Shown: piece by piece, positions 8,746-17,414 of the stretch
Layout of the letters: each line of letters starts with the position of its first letter
How positions within the stretch are numbered: the stretch's first letter is position 1
Assembly (NCBI GenBank): GCA_036676495.1
Contig: JAKFCT010000033.1
Span: 1 to 48,624 of the forward strand
DNA: 48,624 bases
Origin: Candidatus Sericytochromatia bacterium
GTDB taxonomy: Bacteria > Cyanobacteriota > Sericytochromatia > S15B-MN24 > UBA4093
Direction of reading: 5' to 3'
Notes under the pieces: generated by a model
What the model saw: only the letters and a program-made list of their open reading frames with translations
Told to the model about the DNA's origin: nothing
Databases searched by the model: none
Made by a program: the position numbers and the translations under genes

Positions 8746-9444
8746 TTAGACGGCGCAGGAATCGTCCTGGCAGCCCGGAGCTCCAGCCTCTGGGGCCTGA
8801 GCCGCGACCTCCTGGGAGACCTGCTCCAGGATCTTGAGGAAGGTCTCGGATTCCTGGGCGCCGGAGACTCCCCACTTCCCCTCGAAGACGAACGTGGGAA
8901 CTCCCGTGATGCCGATCGCGCGCGCTTCCTCGATCTCCGCGCTCACCTCCGCCGTGCCCGCGTTCGAGGCCAGGTACTCCTTGACCCGCTGGGCCTCGAG
9001 GCCCACCTGACCCGCGAGGGACACGAGCGTGTCCGGATCGGCGACGTTCGCGCCGTCGGTGAACTGCGCCTTGAAAAGCAATTCGACCAGGCGCTTCTTC
9101 ATGGCGGCTCCGCCCTCCTGCTCGGCCAGGTGGAGGAGGCGATGCCCGTTGAACGTGTTGACGATGAGGGCCTTCTCCGTGTGGAAGTCGAGCCCTTCCT
9201 TGGCGGCCACCGCCGTGACGTTCTGGCTCATCTGCTTGAATCCGGGGCCGTAGCGCTCGGTCAGATAATCGTCATGCGACACGGCCTGCGCGGGATCGGT
9301 CGGCAGCTCGCCATTGAGCTGGTAGGCCTTGTAGACGACCTCGACCTGATCCCGTTGCGGGAAGGCCGCCAGGGCCTTCTCGAAGCGGGCCTTCCCGATG
9401 TAGCACCAGGGGCACTGGATATCCGAATAGATTTCGACTTTCAC
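8746..9444 (-). CDS. DsbA family oxidoreductase (FrnE-like)
   Basis: SDIQCPWCYIG, GITGVPTF, VSGAQ and a C-terminal CxxxxC. Confidence 0.88.
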   Translation of the reverse strand: MKVEIYSDIQCPWCYIGKARFEKALAAFPQRDQVEVVYKAYQLNGELPTDPAQAVSHDDYLTERYGPGFKQMSQNVTAVAAKEGLDFHTEKALIVNTFNGHRLLHLAEQEGGAAMKKRLVELLFKAQFTDGANVADPDTLVSLAGQVGLEAQRVKEYLASNAGTAEVSAEIEEARAIGITGVPTFVFEGKWGVSGAQESETFLKILEQVSQEVAAQAPEAGAPGCQDDSCAV

Positions 9445-9594
9445 CGTTTCACCTCATTTGCGGATGGTGGGCGCCTGGCGCTGGAAGGCGCCGGCGTTCC
9501 CGTGACGACGCCTTCTCCGTGTCCGTCCTCAGTTTACCTGACGTCGCGCCCTCGTTTGGGGACGGGCGACCCGAGGACGGTACCCGGACGGCGG

Positions 9595-10017
9595 TTAGGC
9601 CTTGGGCGCGATGGGAGCCTTGACGAGGCGGCCCCAGGCGACGAAGGCCGCCAAGAGACCCAGGACGGCGTTCACGGCGATCGCCGAGTACTCGCCATTC
9701 ATCGCGTGGAAGCCGGCGGCGAGCACCATGATGGTCGCGAGGCCCGCGCCAGCCGCGGGAGTCAGAACGGGCAGGATCCGCGTCGCCGCGGGAAGGATCA
9801 GGCCGATGGCTCCCAGCAGCTCTGCGACGCCGATGAAGCGCACCAGGCCGGGAAGGTCCGCAACCCAGGGCATGTTGGCGGCCATCGCCTCGATGGGCTG
9901 GGTGGACTTCATGACGCCGGCCATGCCGAACATGAGGGCGAGCAGCACCTGAGGAGCCCAGAGGCCGAGGGTCCAGGCCTTGGAGGGAGCGGCGGGAGTG
10001 GCGATCGGGGTGGACAT
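9595..10017 (-). CDS. DoxX family membrane protein
   Basis: Four TM helices; FGMAGVMK and IGVAELLGAIGLILP; AAGGA RBS. Confidence 0.85.
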   Translation of the reverse strand: MSTPIATPAAPSKAWTLGLWAPQVLLALMFGMAGVMKSTQPIEAMAANMPWVADLPGLVRFIGVAELLGAIGLILPAATRILPVLTPAAGAGLATIMVLAAGFHAMNGEYSAIAVNAVLGLLAAFVAWGRLVKAPIAPKA

Positions 10018-10102
10018 GGTTCCTTCTTTCGCGAGGTTGATGCAGGGAAGCGAGGACGAGCCGACGGCACGGGAAGTGGCACCCGAGCCGTCACCGATAG
10101 TG

Positions 10103-10131
10103 ATGTTACTGACCGGTAACTAATCTGTCAA
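10103..10131 (-). promoter_or_regulatory. Sigma70-type promoter of doxX-dsbA with an overlapping GTTAC-N6-GTAAC operator
   Basis: Minus strand TTGACA-N17-TAACAT; palindrome at 10105-10120. Confidence 0.65.
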
Positions 10132-10221
10132 GGGACCGCCCTGCGGAAGCTGGCTTCTCACAACCCCCGCTTGCTATAATGCTCACCAGTGGTCGATTCG
10201 GCAGCAAATCAAGGGGGAGGC

Positions 10222-11316
10222 ATGCGCCAGGCGCGGTTCCGGTTTTCGTTCGTGATGGTGAGCGTGGCGTCCCTGCTGATTTTCGGCTGCTCGAGCCTGC
10301 CGCCGATTTTCGGGGGCGGAGCCATTCCTTTCCTGGGCAGCGAGACCCTCTCGGCGACGCCGGACGACAAGGTCATCTGGCGCTCGACCCAGGTCAACAA
10401 GGGTGAGATCGACGTCTTGCTCTTCGATATGAGCGACCTCGATACCGATCGCTGCCGCCTCGAGTTCAACGGCAAGGTTGTACCGGGCTACGAGAACTTC
10501 GACAATAACAACGGTCCCCAGCGCATCCGGTTGACCTTGGAGCCCGGTATCAATCGCCTGGTCCTGGTCGCCCTCACGGAAGGCAGCAATACCCCGAACA
10601 CCTCGATGCTCTCGATCGATTGGGGGCAGGTCATCCCGCCCGGCGCGCACACGATCGGAGGAAAGATGGGCGCGGGGATGGCCGTAGGCCTGTTCATCAC
10701 CTGGAACCCGCCGGCCACGCCGGTGCCAACTCCCTCCCCCGTCGCCACTCCGACGCCGACGCCCGAACCGACCCTGCCGCCGCCGATTCCCGGGATCCCC
10801 CCGGCAAGCCCTTCGGTGGTGATTCACGAGATTTCGCATCAGCAACTCGGGGCGATTTACTTCCAGGCTTCGGATTACAAGAAGAAGCTCGCCCTCGAGA
10901 CCGATGTCCCGAACGTTTTTTTCACGCTCGAGACCGTCAACCTCTCCGGCAAGTTCGGCATCCGCCTGGGACGTCGGGACACCCCCGTGCCACCCGCCGG
11001 CTACGAGCGCAGGGCCTCGGATGGCGGAATGTTCTCACCCCCGCTGAACCCCGCGTTCAGTTACGTGGGGGTGGACGGACGCTACGTCTTCGCCTCACGG
11101 ATGGTGGAGTCGTCGGTTCCGAAATGGATCGACCGCCCCTCCTGGGCCGTGGGTGATCGCTCGGCGGAAATCAAGCGGGCATATACCGACCCGACCTTCG
11201 ATTGGGGGGCCTGGGTCATGATCCCTGCGAACTACGTCTTGCAGCCCTTTTACATGAACGATCAGGACTACTGCGTGCTGGAGTTCAACGTCCCCTACAA
11301 CCGAGTCGTCCCGTAG
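10222..11316 (+). CDS. Putative lipoprotein, two domains joined by a Pro/Thr linker
   Basis: GGAGG RBS; lipobox LIFGC; PPATPVPTPSPVATPTPTPEPT linker; TATAAT at 10175-10180. Confidence 0.7.
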   Translation: MRQARFRFSFVMVSVASLLIFGCSSLPPIFGGGAIPFLGSETLSATPDDKVIWRSTQVNKGEIDVLLFDMSDLDTDRCRLEFNGKVVPGYENFDNNNGPQRIRLTLEPGINRLVLVALTEGSNTPNTSMLSIDWGQVIPPGAHTIGGKMGAGMAVGLFITWNPPATPVPTPSPVATPTPTPEPTLPPPIPGIPPASPSVVIHEISHQQLGAIYFQASDYKKKLALETDVPNVFFTLETVNLSGKFGIRLGRRDTPVPPAGYERRASDGGMFSPPLNPAFSYVGVDGRYVFASRMVESSVPKWIDRPSWAVGDRSAEIKRAYTDPTFDWGAWVMIPANYVLQPFYMNDQDYCVLEFNVPYNRVVP

Positions 11317-11321
11317 CCTCC

Positions 11322-12581
11322 TCAGAAGAACCAGCGGGCGTAGAGCCCCAGCCCGGTCGGGACCATGCCGAACTCCGAGCCGGGCGTCACGCTCGCTCCC
11401 TCCAGGCGAGGCGGCGCTCCCATCCCGAACCAGCCGTACGCCCCGAGGTCGGAGTTATCGCTGATGCTGAACGTCAGCCGCGGCTGCCAGAGGGTCGAGC
11501 CGTCCACCAGGTTGACCAGCCCCGCCAGCGAGCCGTTGACCAGGGGATGCAACTGCTTGGAGGCCGTGAGCACGCCGTAACCGGACGATCCGAGAAACGC
11601 CCAGGATTCCCGGTACGGAGCGTCGGCGTAGACCGCGGTCAGCTCCTGAGGGCTTCGCGCCCCGAAGTCCTGGTGCATCAGGGCCATTCCCCCGCGGGTC
11701 TCGAAGGGCAAGTTGAAGTCGGCGCCGACTACTCCCGAGAAGGCGCCCCCGCTCCAGCCGCCACGGTACTTTTCGGCCTCGGGGCGGCGCTCGAAGATCG
11801 CGAGCTCCCCCCAGATGCCGGCGGGGCCCAGCTCACCTTCCCAGCCGAGGCCGCCGAAGCCCCGGTTCCTGAAGCGGCCGCCCAGCACCTCGACGTCCAT
11901 GCCGGCGAGCGAGGTACGCAAGCGCGCGATCGAGCCGCCCTGGTTCCAGGGATCGCTCCCGGCCAGGATCAACTCGCCCTCACCCGTCTCGCTCAGGGCC
12001 GTGCGCACGCGCAGGGCGTCGATGCCGGGCTTGTACGAGGCGTCCAAGGCGCCGGGCGCGAAGGGGGCCAGCACGTCCAGGACTCCGACGAAGTGGCTGG
12101 TGCCGAGACTCACGGGCTGGCGCCCGAGGTCGACGTCGACGGCCCCCAAGCTCCAGGCCAGATCGAGCCGTTCGACCCGCGCGCGGGTCGGGGACGTCTC
12201 GCTGCGCTCCAGGGTGAGGTTCGCGACCTCGAACGGGCGCCGCTGGGCGGGGCTTCCTCCTCCGATGAGGCCGAGTCCCGCTCCGGTCGTCGAGCTGAGG
12301 CCCGTTTCGAGCTCCAGGGCGGCCTGCAGGCGGGTCTCGCCCCAGGGGAGGCCCTCCCAGGCCTGTCCCAGCCACGCCCGCATCCGGGTTTCGCTCATGC
12401 CCAGGAGGCCATCGGGAAGCGGCACGCCCTCGGGGCGCCGCAGCCAGCCGGCCGAGAGCGTGTTCTGGCGGAGGGAGATGCCCGTCTCGGTCTGCGCCTC
12501 GGCCGCGCCGGCGGCGAAGGCCAGCATGGCCAGCCCGACGCCGGCGGCCGGCAGGGCCCGCTTAAGGCGCCTTGCGTTCAT
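11322..12581 (-). CDS. Putative outer-membrane beta-barrel protein
   Basis: Signal peptide; LGRQPVSLG and PGIDALR segments; C-terminal YARWFF; last gene of the ABC operon. Confidence 0.7.
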   Translation of the reverse strand: MNARRLKRALPAAGVGLAMLAFAAGAAEAQTETGISLRQNTLSAGWLRRPEGVPLPDGLLGMSETRMRAWLGQAWEGLPWGETRLQAALELETGLSSTTGAGLGLIGGGSPAQRRPFEVANLTLERSETSPTRARVERLDLAWSLGAVDVDLGRQPVSLGTSHFVGVLDVLAPFAPGALDASYKPGIDALRVRTALSETGEGELILAGSDPWNQGGSIARLRTSLAGMDVEVLGGRFRNRGFGGLGWEGELGPAGIWGELAIFERRPEAEKYRGGWSGGAFSGVVGADFNLPFETRGGMALMHQDFGARSPQELTAVYADAPYRESWAFLGSSGYGVLTASKQLHPLVNGSLAGLVNLVDGSTLWQPRLTFSISDNSDLGAYGWFGMGAPPRLEGASVTPGSEFGMVPTGLGLYARWFF

Positions 12582-13251
12582 CGGCGATCACCTTTCCGTC
12601 CTTGAGCCGGATCACCCGCTCGGCGATCGCGATGACCGCCGGGTCATGCGAGCTGAAGAGAAAGGTGATGCCGCGCTCGAGGTTCAGCCGGCGCATCATG
12701 GCGAGGAGCGATTTGGCCGTCTCCGAGTCCAGGTTGGCGGTCGGCTCGTCGGCCAGGACGATGGCGGGCTCGCCCACGATGGCGCGCGCCACGGCCACCC
12801 GCTGCTGCTGGCCGCCCGAGAGTTGCGCAGGGAAGCGATCGGCCAGCTCCGCCAGCCCCAGCTCCTCGAGAAGCGGCATGATCCGGCGCTGGTGGTCGCG
12901 CTCGGGCACGCCCTGTGCCTGCAGGACGAACTGGATGTTCTCGTAGGCCGTCAGCACCGGGATCAGGTTATAGGCCTGGAAGACGAAGCCGATGCGGCGC
13001 AGGCGCAGGTCGGCCAGCGCATCGTCGGATTTGCTGCGGGTGTCGACGCCGTCGATCGTGAGGCTGCCCTCGTCGGGACGGTCGAGGCCGCCGATCAGGT
13101 TGAGCAAGGTGGTCTTGCCGCAGCCCGAGCTTCCCGCCAGGGAGGCGAACTCGCCGGGAGCGAGCGCGAGGTCGATCCCGTCCACCGCGCGGACGACGTT
13201 GTCGGCCTGTGGGTAGTACTTCTTCACACCGTGGAGTTCAATCGCGTTCAT
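12562..13251 (-). CDS. ABC transporter ATP-binding protein (LolD/MacB type)
   Basis: Walker A GSSGCGKT, signature LSGGQQQRVAVARA, DEPTANLD. Confidence 0.92.
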   Translation of the reverse strand: MNAIELHGVKKYYPQADNVVRAVDGIDLALAPGEFASLAGSSGCGKTTLLNLIGGLDRPDEGSLTIDGVDTRSKSDDALADLRLRRIGFVFQAYNLIPVLTAYENIQFVLQAQGVPERDHQRRIMPLLEELGLAELADRFPAQLSGGQQQRVAVARAIVGEPAIVLADEPTANLDSETAKSLLAMMRRLNLERGITFLFSSHDPAVIAIAERVIRLKDGKVIADERKAP

Positions 13252-13273
13252 TTTTCACTTCCTCGATAGCGGG

Positions 13274-14503
13274 TTACTTCCGCATGGCGTCGGCGGGGCG
13301 GATCTTCAGCGCCCGCTGCGCCGGGTAGAGCGAAGCCAGTACCGAGAGCCCGATCATGCCGATCGAGAGCCCGAAGACCATGGTCCAGTCCCAGCCGGTT
13401 CGGATCACGGGGTCCAGCGCGACGCCGCCGAGATCCATGTCCTGGTACATGGCCGAGAAATCCATCCCGACGGTGCCGGTGTAAAGGCCGACGAGGCCGG
13501 AGAGGGCCACTCCGATGACCGAGCCGACCAACCCCAGAACGAGGGCTTCGGCCATGACCATATGGCGGATGGAGCCCTTGGCGACGCCCAGGGCGCGGAT
13601 CACGCCGAACTCGCGGGTGCGCTCCATGACGCTCATCAGCATGGTGTTGAGGGTACCGATGCCGACCAGGACGAAGAGGATCGAGACGACCATCCGGGTC
13701 TCGGAGTTGCCCCACTCGATGATGGCGGCGAGGTTGGGCATGGCCTTCTGCCAGGCGTAGGCCTGAGTGTGCTCGCCGGATTCGGTGGCGATCGCTTGAA
13801 GCCCCGGCAGGGCCTTGGGAATGGCGTCCTTGCCATCCAGCATGACAGCAACCTCGTGGGCGTGCCCCTGCCGACCGATGACCTCGGCCAGGGCCTCGCG
13901 GGAGGCCAGGACCGTGCCCGCGTCGATGGCCTTCACCCGGGTATGCAGGATGCCCGAGACCTTGAACAGCTTCGAGGCCACCTCGCCGTTGGCGTCCTGC
14001 GCCATCCAGACGACCTTCTTGCCCACCTTCACATGAAGCTCTTCCGCGAGGCCCTTGCCGATCACGAGTTCGTTGGGCCGATCGGGAAGCGAGCCTTCGA
14101 TGAGGTTGCCGGGATCCAGGAGGGTGTTGTGGGCCTGTTCGCTTTCGAAGTCCAGGCCCAAGCCGGTGGCGGGCCGGGAGTTGCGGCTCGAGCGCAGCAG
14201 GCCGGGGACGTAGAGGCGCGCGTAGACGGCCTTCACGCCTTCAGCTCGGCTGAGCTGCGGAAGAAGGGCATCCGCGGGCAAGGTGTCGGAGACCTTGCGG
14301 TCGTCGAGGTAGCGATCGTGATAGAGGCCGACGTGGCCCGATCCCGAGCGCACGCCCCCGTCGATCATATCGGCGTACATGCCCACGGCGATGTGATGGT
14401 AGAAGAGCGCCAGGAAGAGGCTTCCCGCGATGGCGGCGAGCTGGATGGACGTGCGCCGCTTGTTACGCCAGAGGTTGCGCCAGGCGATTCGAAACCAGAG
14501 CAT
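13274..14503 (-). CDS. ABC permease, LolE/FtsX/MacB family
   Basis: WRNLWRNKRR at the N-terminus, SVMERTREFGVIRALG, YPAQRALKIRPADAMR. Confidence 0.88.
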   Translation of the reverse strand: MLWFRIAWRNLWRNKRRTSIQLAAIAGSLFLALFYHHIAVGMYADMIDGGVRSGSGHVGLYHDRYLDDRKVSDTLPADALLPQLSRAEGVKAVYARLYVPGLLRSSRNSRPATGLGLDFESEQAHNTLLDPGNLIEGSLPDRPNELVIGKGLAEELHVKVGKKVVWMAQDANGEVASKLFKVSGILHTRVKAIDAGTVLASREALAEVIGRQGHAHEVAVMLDGKDAIPKALPGLQAIATESGEHTQAYAWQKAMPNLAAIIEWGNSETRMVVSILFVLVGIGTLNTMLMSVMERTREFGVIRALGVAKGSIRHMVMAEALVLGLVGSVIGVALSGLVGLYTGTVGMDFSAMYQDMDLGGVALDPVIRTGWDWTMVFGLSIGMIGLSVLASLYPAQRALKIRPADAMRK

Positions 14504-14504
14504 C

Positions 14505-15740
14505 TTAGACCTCCCTCAAGGCGTCGACGGGGCGCAGGCGTCCCAGCTTCCAGGCCGGGAAGAGCGAGAGCACGCCACCGAGGCTCATCATGAGCAGGGT
14601 GGGGAAAAGCACCGAATCCCAGGTCGGCATGCTGCGCATGGAGGTGCTGAGCGTGGTGCCGGCCATGGAGAGGGTCTCGGCGCTCGACGACATGACGATG
14701 GGGTTTTCCATCAGGTAGAAGCTGAGGGCCGTTCCGGCAAGGCCGCCGATCACGGCAGCCATCGCGCTCATCATCAAGCCCTCGACGACCATCATGCTCA
14801 TCAGCCTGCGAGGCTTGAGGCCGATGGCTCCCATCACCGCGAACTCCTTCAGCCGCTCCAGCTGGGCCATGTACATCGTGTTGACGGTCACCAGGACCAC
14901 CGCGAAGTAGAAGATGACCGAGGTCATGAGCTTGCTGGTGCCGGATTGCCGGATCATGCCCGCGATCTGCGGCAACATGCGCTCCCAGCTGGTGACCTCG
15001 GCATCCGTGACCTTGGCCTGGGCGGCCGTGACCCATGCGGCGCTAGTCTTGGGGTTCGAGAGGTTCAGGACCCACTCGTGCACCTGGCCGTCGAGGGCGA
15101 ACATGCGCTGGAGGGTCCGGCGGTCGGCCAGGGCCAAGGCGCCGTTGAGGCTGGTGTCGCCGGAGTCCAAGAGGCCGCCGACCGTGAAGATCTCGGCGGC
15201 GATCGAGCCGTCTGCGGCTTGCCCCATCGCCACGATCTCCGAACCCAGCTTGGCGCCAAGCCGCTGGGCAAGGCTGGTTCCGAGCAGGATGCGGTTGGGA
15301 TGGGCCGAGCCGAGGTTCTCTCCCGCGACGATCCGGGTGCTCAGGGAGCTTACGGCCTCCTCTTGGGCGGGGTCGACTCCCAGCAACTCGGCGGGCTGGC
15401 TAAGGGCCTCGCTGGCGTCGCCGGTGCTGAGGAGGGCGAAGCCCCGGACGCGGCCCGCGACGCCGCGGACCTGCTTATCGGCCGAAAAGTCGACGGGCGG
15501 GGCATCATCGGGCAGGGTGAGGGCCATGTCTCGGCCGTCCAGGTACTGGGGCGCGGTGATCTTGGCGTGTCCGTAGTAGAGGCCGGTCGCATTGTCCACC
15601 GAGTCGACCATGACCGCCTCGGTGATGCCGAGCGTCACGATCAAGAGGGCGGTGGAGAGGGCCATGGCGGACATGGTGAGCAGGGTGCGGCGCTTGTTTC
15701 GCCAGAGGTTACGGAAACTGAGCCGCGTCATGAAGGCCAT
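14505..15740 (-). CDS. ABC permease, LolE/FtsX/MacB family
   Basis: RNLWRNKRRT, ERLKEFAVMGAIG, FPAWKLGRLRPVDALR. Confidence 0.88.
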   Translation of the reverse strand: MAFMTRLSFRNLWRNKRRTLLTMSAMALSTALLIVTLGITEAVMVDSVDNATGLYYGHAKITAPQYLDGRDMALTLPDDAPPVDFSADKQVRGVAGRVRGFALLSTGDASEALSQPAELLGVDPAQEEAVSSLSTRIVAGENLGSAHPNRILLGTSLAQRLGAKLGSEIVAMGQAADGSIAAEIFTVGGLLDSGDTSLNGALALADRRTLQRMFALDGQVHEWVLNLSNPKTSAAWVTAAQAKVTDAEVTSWERMLPQIAGMIRQSGTSKLMTSVIFYFAVVLVTVNTMYMAQLERLKEFAVMGAIGLKPRRLMSMMVVEGLMMSAMAAVIGGLAGTALSFYLMENPIVMSSSAETLSMAGTTLSTSMRSMPTWDSVLFPTLLMMSLGGVLSLFPAWKLGRLRPVDALREV

Positions 15741-15742
15741 GG

Positions 15743-16498
15743 CTACCTCCTCAGGGAGCGCACCGAGAAGAGGTCCTTCGGAAGCGAGCGATCGAACTCG
15801 ATCGTCTCGTAGACCATCTCGGTGTACTCGCCGGGCTCGTCGGCGGGGACGTAGCGCATGCGGGTGGGCAAGGTGCGGCCGGCAATCGTGCGGACCTGGT
15901 CGAAGGTGATGGTGCGGACCAGTTCGCCGTCCTCGTCGTAGTACTTCACGTCGAGGGGGATCTCGCGCTCGAGGTCGATCCGGTAGGTGATGCTGCCCCA
16001 GACCACGGCGGCGCTGGGCTTGGGCGTGGCGACGATGGTGGCCTCCCGGGCGGTTTCCTTGGCGATCGCGAAGCTGTAGAGTTCGTCGATCTTGTTTTCC
16101 TTGACGAGGTCGTCGTTGGTGAGGTGGCTACCCATCCAGCGATCGCCCATCAGGCTGGAGGGAATTTTCATCAGGCGGTCGATCTTGGGGAGGTAGTTCC
16201 ACATGTCGTCGCCGACCTTGAGGGTGGCAGTGCCCGCGTCCTTCTTGGGGCTGAGGATCTTGGAGAGCATCTTGTCGCGGCCCTCGCCCCAGGATTCCAT
16301 GCGCATTTCCCGGGTCCAGGCCTTGGTTACGACGGTCATGCGGAAGATGGCATGGGAGGTCTTGCTCATGTACTGGGTTTCGGTCTGTCGAATGAGGGCT
16401 TGTGCGTCGAGGCGCGCCTCGGCGGCCGGGGGGGTGCCGAGCAAGAGGCCGAGGGCGATGAAGCCGCTCAGGAGCCAGGGGGTACGACGGGGGGTCAT
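15743..16498 (-). CDS. Outer-membrane lipoprotein-sorting (LolA-like) periplasmic protein
   Basis: Signal peptide; GTATLKVGDDMWNYLPKIDR and WMGSHLTNDDL motifs. Confidence 0.8.
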   Translation of the reverse strand: MTPRRTPWLLSGFIALGLLLGTPPAAEARLDAQALIRQTETQYMSKTSHAIFRMTVVTKAWTREMRMESWGEGRDKMLSKILSPKKDAGTATLKVGDDMWNYLPKIDRLMKIPSSLMGDRWMGSHLTNDDLVKENKIDELYSFAIAKETAREATIVATPKPSAAVVWGSITYRIDLEREIPLDVKYYDEDGELVRTITFDQVRTIAGRTLPTRMRYVPADEPGEYTEMVYETIEFDRSLPKDLFSVRSLRR

Positions 16499-17151
16499 TG
16501 GGCCTTCCCTCCTTTCGGGGCGAGCATGCGGCGGAGCATATCGATCTGGGGTTCGGTGAAGCGCGTGATCGCTTCGGGGCCCCAGGAAGCGAGATCGTCG
16601 AGGTTTTCGAGGATGGGGCGGTTCATGATGTCGGAGACGCCGAAGGCGAGATCCGTCAGCATGTCCAGAGGCAAGTCATCGCGTACGGCGCCCTGGGCTT
16701 GTCCCATCAAGAGCAGCTTCTGGAGCGACTCTCGGGCCTCTGCGAGGTAGGCTTTGAAGCGGGAGGGGCCACCGGGCTTGGTGGCCTGGAAGTAGAACTC
16801 GGTGCTGAGGCGAGAGAGATCGGGATGCTGGATGGAGAAGGCGACCTTCTGGTAACTGGCGCTCTCGAAGTAGCCCCAGAAGTCCTTGGGGGGCTCTTTG
16901 AGGATGCGGTCGAGGTCGAGGTCGGCGACCGCGGCGACCATGGTTTTCTCGGCGTCCTCCATGAGCTTCACGAAGAGGTCGGCCTTGTCTTCGAAGTAGT
17001 AGTAGAGCGAGCCCTTGTTGATGCCGGCGGCCTGGATGATGCGGTTGATCGAGGCGCGCTCGTAGCCGTGGGCGAGGAACTCGGCGCGGGCGGCGTCGAG
17101 GATGCGGCGCTGAGTTTCGGGGTCCATCCGTTTGTAGCGGGTGCTGGCCAT
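16495..17151 (-). CDS. TetR/AcrR family transcriptional regulator
   Basis: ILDAARAEF..GYERASINRII..AGINKGSLYYYFEDK; AAGGAG RBS before ATG 17151. Confidence 0.92.
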   Translation of the reverse strand: MASTRYKRMDPETQRRILDAARAEFLAHGYERASINRIIQAAGINKGSLYYYFEDKADLFVKLMEDAEKTMVAAVADLDLDRILKEPPKDFWGYFESASYQKVAFSIQHPDLSRLSTEFYFQATKPGGPSRFKAYLAEARESLQKLLLMGQAQGAVRDDLPLDMLTDLAFGVSDIMNRPILENLDDLASWGPEAITRFTEPQIDMLRRMLAPKGGKAQ

Positions 17152-17167
17152 GCGGGTCTCCTTGCTA

Positions 17168-17250
17168 AGACCACCGGTTAGACAGCCGGTTTGACGGTTG
17201 GTTTGACCAGTGGTCAAGGCTAGTTTGCGTCATTTTGGCGAGGCTGTCAA
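17168..17250 (-). promoter_or_regulatory. tetR operon promoter followed by four tandem 12-bp operator-like units
   Basis: Minus strand TTGACA(17250-17245)-N17-CAAACT; + strand units AGACCACCGGTT, AGACAGCCGGTT, TGACGGTTGGTT, TGACCAGTGGTC; palindrome TTGACC-AGT-GGTCAA. Confidence 0.65.
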
Positions 17251-17260
17251 GCGGTGGGGC

Positions 17261-17359
17261 CCGTCATCCCCGCGGAAGCGGGGATCCAGCCCCCGGGCAT
17301 GCGCTGAGCTCTCCGGGAGTCCTGCCTGCCCTGGACTCCCGCCTGCGCGGGAGTGACGG
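17261..17359. repeat. Palindromic REP/CIR-like element
   Basis: CCGTCATCCCCGCGGAAGCGGGGATCCAG ... CTGGACTCCCGCCTGCGCGGGAGTGACGG; the two arms are mutual inverted repeats and each has an internal hairpin. Confidence 0.75.
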
Positions 17360-17389
17360 AGGCCCCGCACCCATCGGGTGCGGGGCCTC
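17359..17389 (-). terminator. Hairpin just downstream of gcvPB
   Basis: GAGGCCCCGCACCC-ATC-GGGTGCGGGGCCTC, a 14-bp stem with no clear U-tract. Confidence 0.5.
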
Positions 17390-17414
17390 GTGGCGATCGG
17401 GCTTCCGGAGCGGG

